The notes: generated by a model not told the origin, from the sequence alone. 64,000 bases of DNA from an uncultured Candidatus Binatia bacterium (GCA_965218425.1 OZ244621.1:512001-576000); one strand, 5' to 3'. Counted from the stretch's first letter, positions 1 to 10,713 are shown. Numbers and translations are program-made.

Positions 1-558
1 GACATCATGGGCCCACCCGCTGCGCAGGGCCAATTGGTAAAGGAAAGGATGATGCCACGCCCACAGGCTGACAACATAGACAGTCCAGGCCACGGGCAGT
101 AGGGTCAGGGTCCAAAGCAGGCGGCGGAAGGGAGACACGGGATTTAACAAACGGCAAAATGGTTTTCGCCACTTCACTGGAAGGCCCCACAAAAAACCCG
201 GCAACGGGTTGGCCAAAAGGAAAAACAAAGGCGCAATCATCAGCAACAGCAGATGTTGAACCATATGCATACTGAGATTTGACCCCGACAGTGCGTCGAT
301 AGGAGATAATAGAGCTAAAATGAGCGCCCCTAAGCCAAGCCAATAAAGGGAGATCTGCCAATGGGATACGGCGCGAGATGTACGCCGCCGGAGCTTTAGC
401 CAACCGCGGGTGTAGACTGCGGCAAAAAGAGCCAGGACAAAAAGAATATCCGGACGCCAATGCCAGTCTGCAGTGGGATTGGCCTCGGACGGGATATGAG
501 CATGGCCATGCCCCCCGAAGACCAACAGGACAAGAATCGAAAGGATTAATGCAGTCAT
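1..558 (-). CDS. ctaG: Cytochrome c oxidase assembly protein, CtaG/Caa3 family (3' end runs off the window)
   Basis: Not in the ORF track. Manual translation from ATG 558 gives MTALILSIL...LLSPIDALSGSNLSMHMVQHLLLLMIAP...LWAWHHPFLYQLAL, with the HMxQH and WxWH motifs; ATGA overlap with the upstream gene. Confidence 0.85.
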   Translation of the reverse strand, partial: MTALILSILVLLVFGGHGHAHIPSEANPTADWHWRPDILFVLALFAAVYTRGWLKLRRRTSRAVSHWQISLYWLGLGALILALLSPIDALSGSNLSMHMVQHLLLLMIAPLFFLLANPLPGFLWGLPVKWRKPFCRLLNPVSPFRRLLWTLTLLPVAWTVYVVSLWAWHHPFLYQLALRSGWAHDV

Positions 559-929
559 CCTAGCGCCCATAGGGCGATGATCCATGCGGGTAAGAATGCA
601 ACAACTCCAAGTAGCCAGAGGGTTGTTGAGCCGCCTCTATTATCCTTGGCCAAAAGGCGCCTGTTCAAAACATCGGTAAAGATCACCCCAAGTAGGGCAG
701 CCGCCGAAGTGATAAGGACTGATCGGGGTAAAGGAGTGTCGATGACCTCGGCCGGCGTATTGCCCAGCAGGGACAAAACAGCCATCAGCCAGGCGGGAGC
801 CAGAGCTGCTAACCCCAGGAGCCAGGCATACTCCACCACTTGGAAATTTCCCCTTCTGCTATGAAAAACAAGGGTACCCGCAGTGGCAATGACGCCGATG
901 AACCCCACCACCACGGACAAATAAATCAT
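555..929 (-). CDS. Small hypothetical membrane protein (about 4 TM)
   Basis: 124-aa hydrophobic ORF whose stop overlaps the ctaG start. Confidence 0.65.
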   Translation of the reverse strand: MIYLSVVVGFIGVIATAGTLVFHSRRGNFQVVEYAWLLGLAALAPAWLMAVLSLLGNTPAEVIDTPLPRSVLITSAAALLGVIFTDVLNRRLLAKDNRGGSTTLWLLGVVAFLPAWIIALWALG

Positions 930-1522
930 TTAATACGACCTCTCAGTCTTTATCTCTAGATAATAAGAAACTACTCCAGAGAAGCAACGATGTCCATGAC
1001 CCGGTAGGCGATGGGCAAAACAGAGTGGCCTTTGTCGTGAAAAATTTTCAGTTGTTGACCCGCACGCCTGCGCGTATAATTGAATTTTGATGATAACGAG
1101 GTTTTGGCCTGTTCTATTAGCGGTATTCCTTTTCACCTGCTTAGCCTTCTCCCCCTTGGGTTGGGGTCAAGAGCGCGAGCATTTCCAGATCATTACTGGA
1201 TTTTCGTACCTCGAGGCACTGGTAGCACCGCCCAAACCGCATACATGCCCTTTACGTTCCGATATCTAACGGCAGTCCAGACTTCGCAGCGGGCTTCGCG
1301 TTGTCGAAGCGCTTCGGTAAATTCTAGGGCTTTCCAGACACATCAACCGACAATCCTTTTCCGTCGCAATTCTAATCTGTAGTCAATATTTGAGACATTT
1401 CGTGGCATATCACCTTCGCTCCTTTCACGAATAGTCGCCTCTCCCCTACTTCACGCCTTCCCGCGTGTGAATTTGTCCCGTAATGACCATGACTTGCTTT
1501 CCATCGGCGTCCTCTCGCCCAG

Positions 1523-1539
1523 TCGGCACCACTCCTGCA
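1523..1539 (+). promoter_or_regulatory. Candidate sigma-54 -24/-12 promoter
   Basis: tcGGCACcactcctGCa has GG-N10-GC spacing, about 45 nt upstream of ATG 1586. Confidence 0.3.
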
Positions 1540-1585
1540 CAAACAGGGCCGGTCAGTGAGAACAGCAACCCAGGAAGGCAGCAAA

Positions 1586-1960
1586 ATGAAGGCTTCGACA
1601 TTTAAAAGCAATTTAATTGTAACGACTTTGACCCTCCTCTTTTTGTTGGGACCGGGGACAGGCAAGGCCCAAGGCGACGTCAAAATCCGCGGAGAGAATC
1701 TCCCTCCTGACGTCTTGCAGATGGTGGACTCCCATTTACAGGATCCCAACAAAGACGTCGATGGAATCCAGTTCCGCGACCTAAATGCAGAGCGGGCCCT
1801 GGACTGCGGCCGAGACTGGGAACAGAAGATTCACAGCCGGATTGAACGTGAAAAACACGAGCGATTCGGGGGCGGGAATAATCGCGGGCGAGGCAGTGAT
1901 CGAATCGGTGCCTTGCGTGAGCGGGCTGAAAGATTCGTCCGTGAGAAAGTGGATCGTTAA
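1586..1960 (+). CDS. Hypothetical secreted protein
   Basis: Signal peptide-like N-terminus (MKASTFKSNLIVTTLTLLFLLGPGTGKA), charged C-terminus. Confidence 0.5.
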   Translation: MKASTFKSNLIVTTLTLLFLLGPGTGKAQGDVKIRGENLPPDVLQMVDSHLQDPNKDVDGIQFRDLNAERALDCGRDWEQKIHSRIEREKHERFGGGNNRGRGSDRIGALRERAERFVREKVDR

Positions 1961-2016
1961 GGAGAGGGGATAAAGACTTCTTCTGAACCAGGTACAAGAA
2001 TGACCGTCTGGCGCTT

Positions 2017-2727
2017 TTATTTAACTCTTATCCTAGATCTTCTAAACCAGAAAAGCGATACGCCAATCAATAAAACCAATGTCCCAATGCCAAAGTAAAC
2101 CATCCGTCCGTGACGGTCATTGCCGTATCCAACGGTATTTGCCGCAGCCATCACGGGTTGATGAAATGACGAATCATCCTTAAGGAGTGAACTGATTAGC
2201 TCACGAGTCTCCGGTTTGTACCAATCCTTGTAGCCCATGCTCCTAGCCAGAAGATTTCCATTGCGACCGATGAGGTAGGTCACAGGCAGCCCGTGAACGC
2301 CGTATTCGCGAGCAATCTCCCCTTTTTTATCCATCAGCACCGGAAAGGTAAATTCGTTTTCCGTAAGAAACGACGTGATGGGCTTTTCCCGCTCCATAAA
2401 ATTGATGGCCACCACTTCCAGACCTTGTCCTTTAAACTCCTGGTACAGCCTCTCCATGGAGGGCATCTCCAAGCGGCACGGAGGGCACCAAGTGGCCCAG
2501 AAGTTGAGCACCACCAGCTTACCCTTAAGATCATCGATTCCCATCTTCTTACCCCCAGGGGTCACAGATGAGAAACGAGGAGCCGGTCCCGGGTGGTCAA
2601 CGGGAGCGAGTCTTAAATTGCGCAAAGTCTTTTGCTCTTGCCCCTGAGCTGCCAAAGAGACAAGCAAAAAGCAAGCTACAGCGGCAAAAACAACCGCTAA
2701 TGTGGTTTTCATCACCCCAGGGGACAT
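2017..2727 (-). CDS. TlpA/ResA-family thiol:disulfide oxidoreductase
   Basis: LNFWATWCPPC motif, signal peptide, C-terminal TM anchor. Confidence 0.9.
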   Translation of the reverse strand: MSPGVMKTTLAVVFAAVACFLLVSLAAQGQEQKTLRNLRLAPVDHPGPAPRFSSVTPGGKKMGIDDLKGKLVVLNFWATWCPPCRLEMPSMERLYQEFKGQGLEVVAINFMEREKPITSFLTENEFTFPVLMDKKGEIAREYGVHGLPVTYLIGRNGNLLARSMGYKDWYKPETRELISSLLKDDSSFHQPVMAAANTVGYGNDRHGRMVYFGIGTLVLLIGVSLFWFRRSRIRVK

Positions 2728-3551
2728 CTTATGAGCTTAGCATATCAATCCGCAATATGCCTTGTTAACAACGTCTCTTATGGCTTAACCCCGTTGATTG
2801 CCTGCTTGTTCCCAACAATCCACCGACAAACCCTGTCTCCAAATCCTGTCTCCGTGCTTGAAATTTGGGTGGCAACGACGCCTTTATAGAAAAAGCAGTT
2901 CGCCAACAGCATGAGCCCATTCCTAAACGGACACTTTCTACGTCTAACCAATCATCAACCTTTCACGTGAGGGCCAATAGTCCAATCTCAATTTTTCACC
3001 CCACGGCAGTCTCCCCGGACTAACAATATGTACATTTTCTGGCATTTACCCTAGGAATCAGCTGCAATAATCAGCTCCTGGGGCCTCCTAAAATACACCC
3101 AATTCCCGGCATGATTCTGGCGTTTTATCAGGGGGGTCGCCCGTTAGAGCCCTGATCCTGGGGAGCATGGGAGACCCTCAAGGAATAGATTCAAACAGGC
3201 CGTATTGACCATCCTTTTGCTGGTTTCGCTTCTCTGCACGTCGGGCCGCGTCGCACCGCTCTTGTTGGGTGTCGGGGGCGCCATGGCTACCTCACCAAGA
3301 AGGGTGAAGGAGAGGATCGCAAGAGCGGTTCGTCCATAGAAGAAGTCCATCACAAGCATGCATCGGTAGTTACAAGTGGAAGGGGTGGGCAATTGGCCTT
3401 TGAAACGGGAGGGAGATCGCAATGAAAAAAATAGCTCTTCCCATAGCAATTTGTTTCACACTGTCAGCAGGATGCGCACAGCCCGAGGAATTGCCCGGAT
3501 ACAGAAAACCTCGCAAGAGGAATCAAGAGATCCATTTCCGAATAACCTCTT

Positions 3552-4727
3552 TTAGTTTTGTATTCCCTTCTTTATTAAAAAATACAACTTCCCCGTACTC
3601 TTCATATATCCCGCAGCGGCAGCGGCTTGCGGTCCGGCGCCGAAGAAAAGATCAACACGTTTTTTCCCACGAATGGCGCTACCCGTATCCTGATTGAGAA
3701 CAAACCGGCTAAAGGGCTCCCAACCGATTAACTTCCCATTTGAATTCAGAATCGGCCTCCGTGTAACTATAAAGGCAAGAGCACCTTTGGGGAAAAGTCG
3801 CCTGTCGGTGGCAATGGACCGACCTGCCGTCAAGGGAACACCGAGATTTCCTATGGGACCCTTTTCCACAATGCGAAAAAAGATATACCTTTCGTTCTTG
3901 GCAAAAATTTGATCTCGTTGCTCAGGGTGATCTCCCAGGTACCGGCGCAGGCTCTGCATGGAAATCTCTTCCTCCCGAATCCTTTTTTGATCCATCAGCA
4001 CCTTTCCAATACTCGTGTAAGGCAGGCCATTGGAAGCCGCATAGTTCAATTGTAGAACTCGTCCATCCTGCAATCGAAGGAGCCCCGATCCTTGAATGTG
4101 AAGAAAAAAGAGATCCACGGGATCCTTGGCCCAAGCAATCTCATATCCCTTTCCCTTTAGGAGCCCCACCTCGTCGATCTCGCGGCGGGAGAAGTAGGGC
4201 ACAAAACGATTTCCTTTAACCCGGCCCACAATGTTTCTTCTCTGGAGTTCGGGCGTGAAACGACCAATGTCCGCATCTAAAAGATCGCCAGGTCTTCCAT
4301 AAATCGGGAACCGGAAGATAGACGACTCCTCCAGGCTCCCCTCGATCACCGGCTGATAGTATCCAGTGAAGAGCACCTTATCCCCTGGACGTTTCACGGC
4401 TTTATAAATGTCAAATTGAGAGTGGACGGCTGCCATCAAACTCTCCTGTGTATCCAGACGATCCAACAGCTCCAGGAATGCGATCAGAGACTCCTTCACC
4501 CCCTGTGCGGTAAACGTTCGGGGCCACTCCCCTACTTTTCGATCAGCAGGAACCGCATCTAGATATTTAAGGCTATTGTGGATAGCGCGACGTATGGACT
4601 GGCGATCCAGGTCGTCGGTCAGCGCAAGACGCTCCACTGCGCCTCTTGAACCCACCGCCGGACAGGAAGAAAGAAACAGGAAAGCCAGCATCGGGACAAT
4701 GGTGAAGCGAGTATGCGAGAAGATCAT
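3552..4727 (-). CDS. mltA: Membrane-bound lytic murein transglycosylase A
   Basis: FTGYYQP, FFLHIQGSG and 3D-domain QDTGSAIRG..RVDLFFG motifs; lipobox-like LSSC; start uncertain. Confidence 0.9.
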   Translation of the reverse strand: MIFSHTRFTIVPMLAFLFLSSCPAVGSRGAVERLALTDDLDRQSIRRAIHNSLKYLDAVPADRKVGEWPRTFTAQGVKESLIAFLELLDRLDTQESLMAAVHSQFDIYKAVKRPGDKVLFTGYYQPVIEGSLEESSIFRFPIYGRPGDLLDADIGRFTPELQRRNIVGRVKGNRFVPYFSRREIDEVGLLKGKGYEIAWAKDPVDLFFLHIQGSGLLRLQDGRVLQLNYAASNGLPYTSIGKVLMDQKRIREEEISMQSLRRYLGDHPEQRDQIFAKNERYIFFRIVEKGPIGNLGVPLTAGRSIATDRRLFPKGALAFIVTRRPILNSNGKLIGWEPFSRFVLNQDTGSAIRGKKRVDLFFGAGPQAAAAAGYMKSTGKLYFLIKKGIQN

Positions 4728-4879
4728 GATCCGTGTTTTTCTCGATGCATTCTTTGTGGTGAGTTTATTCCTACACAAAATTCCACCATTTGAAAAGTAA
4801 AAATAGTTCTTCACATGTGCAATGAAAAAGGGGTAGACTTCAATCCCGCGCCTCCCGTAAAGGGAATCCAGCCGATTCC

Positions 4880-5005
4880 ATGAACGGCCTCAGTTTCCTA
4901 GACTACATCATTGTATTCATTTATCCCCTTGGGATTATCACCACGGGGGTCTGGATCGCACGCAAAGTTAAAACCTTCACATCCTCACCATTGAGGAGCT
5001 TTTAA
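4880..5005 (+). pseudogene. N-terminal remnant of a sodium:solute symporter
   Basis: MNGLSFLDYIIVFIYPLGIITTGVWIARKVKT resembles SSS TM1, then stops after 41 aa. Confidence 0.5.
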
Positions 5006-5065
5006 TCGTTATATTCCGTAGCAATTGTCAATTTTCTCGGAATCCAATAACCTCATTTTAAAAAT

Positions 5066-5482
5066 ATGAAGCTCCTCTGTTTTCAAGCCAAGCGATTTTG
5101 GTGGAAGACATACTCAAAAAGCCTTTCTCCGGTCCAGGATCAGGACATGGAAGAAGAGGTACAGGAGGGGCTGATCGTTTTTTTTCATGTTGAACCAGCG
5201 GATCAAGAAGAGTCAAGGAGAGGGTCGGTTCTTCGCCAGAGCTTAAAGCATATCAAGTGGTTGGCAAACAAGAGGAAGATTAAAAACATAGTGCTCCACT
5301 CGTTTGCCCATCTTGGCGGCAAGGACGCCTCGCCCCCGTTTGCTCAGGCATTAATCGACGAACTTGCCGAGCGACTGCGCGACACTGACTATCATGTGCA
5401 GATCACCCCATTTGGATACTTCTGCGAATGGGATCTCAGCGTTTACGGCGACAGCCTTGCCAAGGTATGGAAGGAAATTTGA
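5066..5482 (+). CDS. Stand-alone archaeal-type threonyl-tRNA synthetase editing-domain protein
   Basis: VFFHVE, IVLHSFAHL and TPFGY motifs typical of the tRNA-Thr_ED family; 138 aa. Confidence 0.8.
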   Translation: MKLLCFQAKRFWWKTYSKSLSPVQDQDMEEEVQEGLIVFFHVEPADQEESRRGSVLRQSLKHIKWLANKRKIKNIVLHSFAHLGGKDASPPFAQALIDELAERLRDTDYHVQITPFGYFCEWDLSVYGDSLAKVWKEI

Positions 5483-5577
5483 CGAATCTTTACAGAGCGT
5501 GCCCCAGTAGGTAAAGTCCCAGGGGGCTATTTGCGCTACGGAACCAAAGCACGAATGAACCATGGAGGATCAAGAAC

Positions 5578-6675
5578 ATGATCTTTTTAACCAATGATCA
5601 CATCCAGGAAGTCCTGGACATGCGGGCATGTATCGAGGCCGTAGAGGAAGCGTACAGGGAGCTGGCAGAGGGAAAGGCCTCGTACCGACCGAGGATCGAT
5701 TTCTATGTTCCTCAGGAACCGCATTACTATAGATGGGGTACCATGGAAGGGGCTTCACGCAGTCTCGGAGTTTTTGCCATCAGGATGAAATCGGACATGC
5801 TGGTATGGAACCAGGAAGGCGAATTCAAAACCGAGGAAAAATACTGTATCGAGCCAGGCACCTACTGCGGACTGATTTTTCTCACCAGCGTGCGCAACGG
5901 CGAGCCGTTGGCCCTGATGAACGACGGGATCCTCCAGCACCTGCGGGTGGGCGCATGCGCGGGCCTCGGGGCCAAATACCTCGCCCGGAAGAACTCCAAG
6001 GTGTTGGGCATGCTTGGCTCCGGCGGTATGGCTCGTACCTATGCCGATGCCATTCGACAGGTTCGCCCCATCGAGCGGATGAAGGTTTTCAGCCCCACAA
6101 AGGCCAACCGGGAGAGATACGCCGAAGAGATGACCCAGCAACTGGACATCGAAGTTCAGGTAGTGGACTCACCGGAGCAGGCCGTTAAGGGAACTGATAT
6201 AGTAGCGCTGGCCACGGACTCTCTCATCCCGGTCATGAAGCCCGAATGGGTTGAACCGGGCATGCATGTCACCAACGTGCGGTCAAATGAAGCAGGCCCC
6301 GATTTGTTGGCAAAGATGGATGTGATCGGACGTCTCGGAACGGCCACCATGATGTTCGATCAACCCCCTCCAGGCACCGTTCAGGGTAGTGACGGCATGT
6401 TCGCCTATTGTGCAGGCACAACGGAAGAAAAAAAACGGATTCCCACCGCCCCCCACCGCAGCATCGACAATCCCAAGGTGGGTACCCTGCCGGACCTAAT
6501 GGCGCGGCGTTGGGGCGGACGAACCAGTGATCAACAGATAACTTTCTTAAACAATCAGGGCACCCAGGGCCTCCAATTCGCCGCCGTTGGCGCAAGGGCC
6601 TATGAGCTTGCCACCACCAAAGGACTGGGACACCCGCTCCCCTCAGAGTGGTTCTTACAAAATATCCGCGATTAA
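5578..6675 (+). CDS. Ornithine cyclodeaminase / mu-crystallin family protein
   Basis: GLIFL..GEPLALM, LR-GA, Rossmann LGSGGMA, G-QFAA motifs. Confidence 0.9.
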   Translation: MIFLTNDHIQEVLDMRACIEAVEEAYRELAEGKASYRPRIDFYVPQEPHYYRWGTMEGASRSLGVFAIRMKSDMLVWNQEGEFKTEEKYCIEPGTYCGLIFLTSVRNGEPLALMNDGILQHLRVGACAGLGAKYLARKNSKVLGMLGSGGMARTYADAIRQVRPIERMKVFSPTKANRERYAEEMTQQLDIEVQVVDSPEQAVKGTDIVALATDSLIPVMKPEWVEPGMHVTNVRSNEAGPDLLAKMDVIGRLGTATMMFDQPPPGTVQGSDGMFAYCAGTTEEKKRIPTAPHRSIDNPKVGTLPDLMARRWGGRTSDQQITFLNNQGTQGLQFAAVGARAYELATTKGLGHPLPSEWFLQNIRD

Positions 6676-6714
6676 CTGTCCCTTCGCTACAAGCGGCTCC
6701 CGGAGGTGTAAATT

Positions 6715-7124
6715 ATGCTTAATTTTTTCAGCGCCGTACCTCTCGATACGTTGGGGCGCTTCTCCTGGTGCTACCTTTGGAGTCAGTCCTGGGCGATCAA
6801 ACAACCAACGAGATTGTGGCCGGATCGCCCATCCCAATACCCTCAGAAATGACCCCATCAACCGACCAGGGCATGGAGTTCATGGTTCCCGGATTCAAGG
6901 GCGGCCAGGTGGTCTATCAAGGCAAGGTGGAACCCAGGCAGGTGATCCGTTTTTATCAGAAAAATATGCCCCTCAATGGATGGCATCCCTATGCCAGCCT
7001 GGTAACGGGCGGCGGGCTTTTGGTTTTCACCAAGTCCAACAAAAGCATCCTCATCATGGTAAGTGAAAGCAACGGCAATACCACTCTTGCCATCCTGGCC
7101 GGTGTCATGCCCCCCGGTCCATAG
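6715..7124 (+). CDS. Hypothetical exported protein, apparently frameshifted near its 5' end
   Basis: GGAGGT RBS with ATG 6715 lies 53 nt (one short of in-frame) before ORF 6768-7124; adding one base restores a signal peptide. Confidence 0.5.
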
Positions 7125-7140
7125 ATATCAATAGTGTGAA

Positions 7141-8205
7141 ATGCTCCCCGGTTCTAAGACACGACAAATCCGCCGCAGTCTCCTGCGCTGGTATGAAAAG
7201 AGCCGCCGGGATCTCCCCTGGCGTCACACATCTGATCCCTACGCCATCTGGATTGCCGAGACCATGCTTCAACAGACCCAGGTCAAAACAGTCCTGCAAT
7301 ACTACCGCCGTTTTCTAGCAGCCTTCCCTAACCTGAAGTCCTTGGACCGTGCGCGCAGAGACAAGGTCCTGGCTCTGTGGTCCGGCCTGGGCTACTACCG
7401 TCGAGCGGAAAATCTAAAAGAAGCAGCTCGAATCTTAGCGAGGCAATATGGGGGCAAACTTCCTCCCAACCATGAGGTCTTGCTTCGACTGCCCGGAGTC
7501 GGCTCTTACACCGCAGGGGCCCTCATGAGTATTGCCTTCAAACAGAGCTACCCCGCCCTTGACGGCAACACAAAACGGGTGATCTCGCGACTCGTAGGCT
7601 TGAGGACGGAATCCCAGACTTTGGAGACGGCACACCAATTGGTTCCTCGCTCCGAGCCCGGTCAATTCAACCAGGCGCTTATGGACCTGGGTTCGGGGAT
7701 CTGTCATCCCAAGAATCCTAACTGCTCCCATTGCCCTCTGTCTAACTATTGTGTTGCCAAAACCTCGGGGCGATCCCTTTCCAGACTGCGCCCCAAGCCC
7801 CACACATCAACTAACCTAGAGTGGCCCATGATCATCATTCACAAGGACGGAAAAATTCTCCTTCATCGTAGGAGCCGGGACGGACTGCTCAGAGGGATCT
7901 GGGAATTACCGGGCGGACAAAGGAGCGGAAAGGAGAATGTCATGGCGACAATGATTCGCCATCTCAGGTGTCTGGATGGGAACACACATGGGATCTTAAA
8001 AATAGGAGAGGTGCGTCACAACATTACGCGCTACAAAATAAGATCACCAATTTTCTTGTACTCCCAACCCAAATTTCCTAGTTCTCGTGAATCCAGCTGG
8101 CGTTGGATACCCCTTGCTTCACTGCACCGCTATCCCCTCTCTTCCCTGAGCCTCAAAGCGGTACGACTCTACGCCGAGCGTAGTGAAATCCCCATTCAGG
8201 GTTAA
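7141..8205 (+). CDS. mutY: A/G-specific adenine glycosylase
   Basis: RDLPWR, MLQQTQV, WSGLGYYRRA, HhH LPGVGSYTA, Cx6Cx2Cx5C Fe-S motif, NUDIX-like tail. Confidence 0.95.
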   Translation: MLPGSKTRQIRRSLLRWYEKSRRDLPWRHTSDPYAIWIAETMLQQTQVKTVLQYYRRFLAAFPNLKSLDRARRDKVLALWSGLGYYRRAENLKEAARILARQYGGKLPPNHEVLLRLPGVGSYTAGALMSIAFKQSYPALDGNTKRVISRLVGLRTESQTLETAHQLVPRSEPGQFNQALMDLGSGICHPKNPNCSHCPLSNYCVAKTSGRSLSRLRPKPHTSTNLEWPMIIIHKDGKILLHRRSRDGLLRGIWELPGGQRSGKENVMATMIRHLRCLDGNTHGILKIGEVRHNITRYKIRSPIFLYSQPKFPSSRESSWRWIPLASLHRYPLSSLSLKAVRLYAERSEIPIQG

Positions 8206-8345
8206 TTACCATACGCTTACTTATCTCACTCCTAGGGCATCTCTACTTTGGAAGGTGAGGGTTAAATGCATGTTCCCAGGGAACTTTTCGAGTTTTTGAT
8301 TGGTTATGTAAGTTGGGGACGTATCCAAACGGAAGGACCTTGAAA

Positions 8346-8830
8346 ATGAAGAGAATTATCAATCCAAGCTCCTTGTTTTTTCTGCTTACCCTCTCCGGCA
8401 GTTGCGCCACGGTACAGGTATCGCGTGAGGCGCAAAGCGGCCGCTCCGCATTGAAGTCAGGGCAACCCAAAGAGGCCTTCCAACAATTTGAGGCCGCTGC
8501 GGCTCAGAATCCCAACTATACGACCCGTTTTACCCTTTAGAACACGGGGATATGGACCTACGTCGGCAGGGCCTATTACCAGATAGGTGAGAAAGACAAG
8601 ACGCCAGCGAGCCTGAAGCGGGCGCAGGACAACTCTAAAAACGACTATGCTGGTAGAACCTAATCTTGGGCTTGTGATGGCACAGACAGGGAACAGCGAG
8701 ACGGGAAAGCGGAACTTGCAGCCGGACTTGAGGAGCTAGCAAAATGGCTCGAGAGACTGCCCAATGAAGGAACTGACGGGCAGTATTAGGATCCGGATCA
8801 TCATCTTGCAGACGGCACCTCTGTTTGCCA
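8346..8830 (+). pseudogene. Degraded TPR-type lipoprotein
   Basis: Lipobox LSGSC; frame continues past TAG 8538 as GIWTYVGRAYY; further TAA 8661 and TAG 8787; 3' end approximate. Confidence 0.55.
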
Positions 8831-8908
8831 CCTAAGCAGCGGAGCAACTGTCCCTAAGCGCTCATTAACTCGTAGAAAAACGCAAATCTGCTAAAAACAC
8901 CTTCCCTG

Positions 8909-10255
8909 ATGGATGAGCAAATTCCCAATTTTGAAGCAGTTGCGGCGCAACCCAAAGACCCATCCCTCTTTCCGATCCTAGCCGTCAACTTTATCGGAAC
9001 CTTGGGATACAGCATCATCCTTCCGTTTCTAGTATTCCTAGTCACCCGGTTAGGAGGAAATGCACTCATATACGGGATCGTAGGTGCCACCTATCCCGCC
9101 TTTCAGCTGGTGGGAGCCCCCCTTTTGGGGAAATGGTCCGATCGGTATGGCAGAAGAAAGATCCTCCTGTTTAGCCAAATGGGAACCCTGGTATCCTGGT
9201 TTATCTTCTTACTAGCCCTGTTTCTCCCCATGAGCTCCGCATGGAAAATCAACTCCGCAGTTTTTGGAACGTTCTCAATAAGCCTCCCAATTATTGTTTT
9301 GTTCTTCGCCCGGGCCCTGGATGGGATCACCGGCGGAAATGTATCCGTCGCCAATGCCTACCTTGCCGATATCACCGATGAGGAGCATAGAAATGAAAAT
9401 TTCGGAAAGATGGCCATATCCGCCAATCTTGGTTTTGTTCTGGGCCCCGCCCTGGCCGGCCTTTTGGGAGCCACCGTCCCGGGTGAAACCTTGCCCGTCT
9501 TAGCGGCACTGACTATTTCTTTCATTGCAACGCTGATGATCGCATTCAATCTCCCGGAATCCCACCCGTGTTTTCTCAATAGAGACCCTGAAACGGTCAA
9601 TGTGAGAAAAGTTTTCGGCCAGGAGCACAAGGAATGCTTTGAATTAAAGGGCGGTGAGAAGATAACTCTGAGAGGGATATTCCAGTTAAACAACATTCCC
9701 TATCTCATGACCCTCTATTTCCTGATCTTCCTTGGTTTCAATCTCTTTTATACCGCATTTCCATTCCATGCGGTGAAGAGTCTCAAGTGGTCCATCATCG
9801 ATACCGGAACGTTCTTTTCAGTACTGAGCCTAATGATGGTCATTGTACAAGGATCCGTTTTGAGTCGAGTCGCCAAAAAATGCTCAGATGGATTCTTGAT
9901 CGTCGTTGGAAGCCTGATCTTGGGGACCAATTTCGTGCTGCTTACCTCGAGGGACAACCTTATTATCTACCTAGCTGCCGGGTTATTTGCACTGGGCAAT
10001 GGACTCATGTGGCCGTCCGTTTTGGCCACCCTATCCAAGACAGCAGGTGAAAGACTTCAGGGCTCCGTGCAGGGATTTGCCAGCAGCTTCGGAGGTGTCG
10101 CTAGTATTTTGGGACTCACCATGGGAGGGATTTTGTACGAATGGTTAGGGCCCGGGATATTCATCGTATCGGCAGGCATTATTTACATGGTCTTCCTCAT
10201 GGCCCTTAGCCTTTTCTATATCAGGAAAGAGGTTCCAGCGGTTGAAGGACCATAA
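8909..10255 (+). CDS. MFS transporter (TetA/DHA1-like)
   Basis: GKWSDRYGRR motif A, RALDGITGG, GFVLGPALAG motif C, about 12 TM. Confidence 0.9.
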   Translation: MDEQIPNFEAVAAQPKDPSLFPILAVNFIGTLGYSIILPFLVFLVTRLGGNALIYGIVGATYPAFQLVGAPLLGKWSDRYGRRKILLFSQMGTLVSWFIFLLALFLPMSSAWKINSAVFGTFSISLPIIVLFFARALDGITGGNVSVANAYLADITDEEHRNENFGKMAISANLGFVLGPALAGLLGATVPGETLPVLAALTISFIATLMIAFNLPESHPCFLNRDPETVNVRKVFGQEHKECFELKGGEKITLRGIFQLNNIPYLMTLYFLIFLGFNLFYTAFPFHAVKSLKWSIIDTGTFFSVLSLMMVIVQGSVLSRVAKKCSDGFLIVVGSLILGTNFVLLTSRDNLIIYLAAGLFALGNGLMWPSVLATLSKTAGERLQGSVQGFASSFGGVASILGLTMGGILYEWLGPGIFIVSAGIIYMVFLMALSLFYIRKEVPAVEGP

Positions 10256-10526
10256 ATTGTGGCTCAACATGGATATGTACAATTCATCCCCCAGAGGACC
10301 TTTATCACTGATGATTACTCTAAGGTTTCCCCATGACCCAGAGAGGGAATTCTCGGCTCCTAAGATAAATCTATGGATCGATCCGGAGCACCGACTTCCC
10401 ATCAAAGCTGAGTTCTTCGACTGGGATCTGAGAAAGGTGAAGTCCCACGGTTACAAAGGCTTGATGTTGAACCTCGGTTTGACCGAATACGACTTTGACC
10501 GTGATAGCAAATCCTACGGTTTCTGA
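10242..10526 (+). pseudogene. C-terminal fragment of a DUF1571/LolA-fold-like protein
   Basis: LWIDPEHRLPIKAEFFDWD...LNLGLTEYDFD...YGF with no N-terminal part. Confidence 0.45.
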
Positions 10527-10713
10527 AGGAAGCGTCAAGAACTAATCAGAACCAAAAACGAACCGTAACATTTCTTGTAGGTCGCACTTGAAAACAATTG
10601 AATCTCCAGTATGAATACCTAAAATCAAACCGCTCGCTACGCAGGATGCCAATGACCACGTGTTGGGCCACGAAGAGATACAGAGTCCGGGAAGTTAGCT
10701 AACTCCACCCATC

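Noticed and set aside
5..460. 151-aa minus-strand ORF from the track
   Set aside because: Wrong frame; the overlapping frame 1-558 encodes CtaG
3144..3697. ORFs 3144-3449 (-) and 3422-3697 (+)
   Set aside because: No recognisable family; the plus strand has lipoprotein-signal-like scraps that may be further remnants, but they are too weak to call
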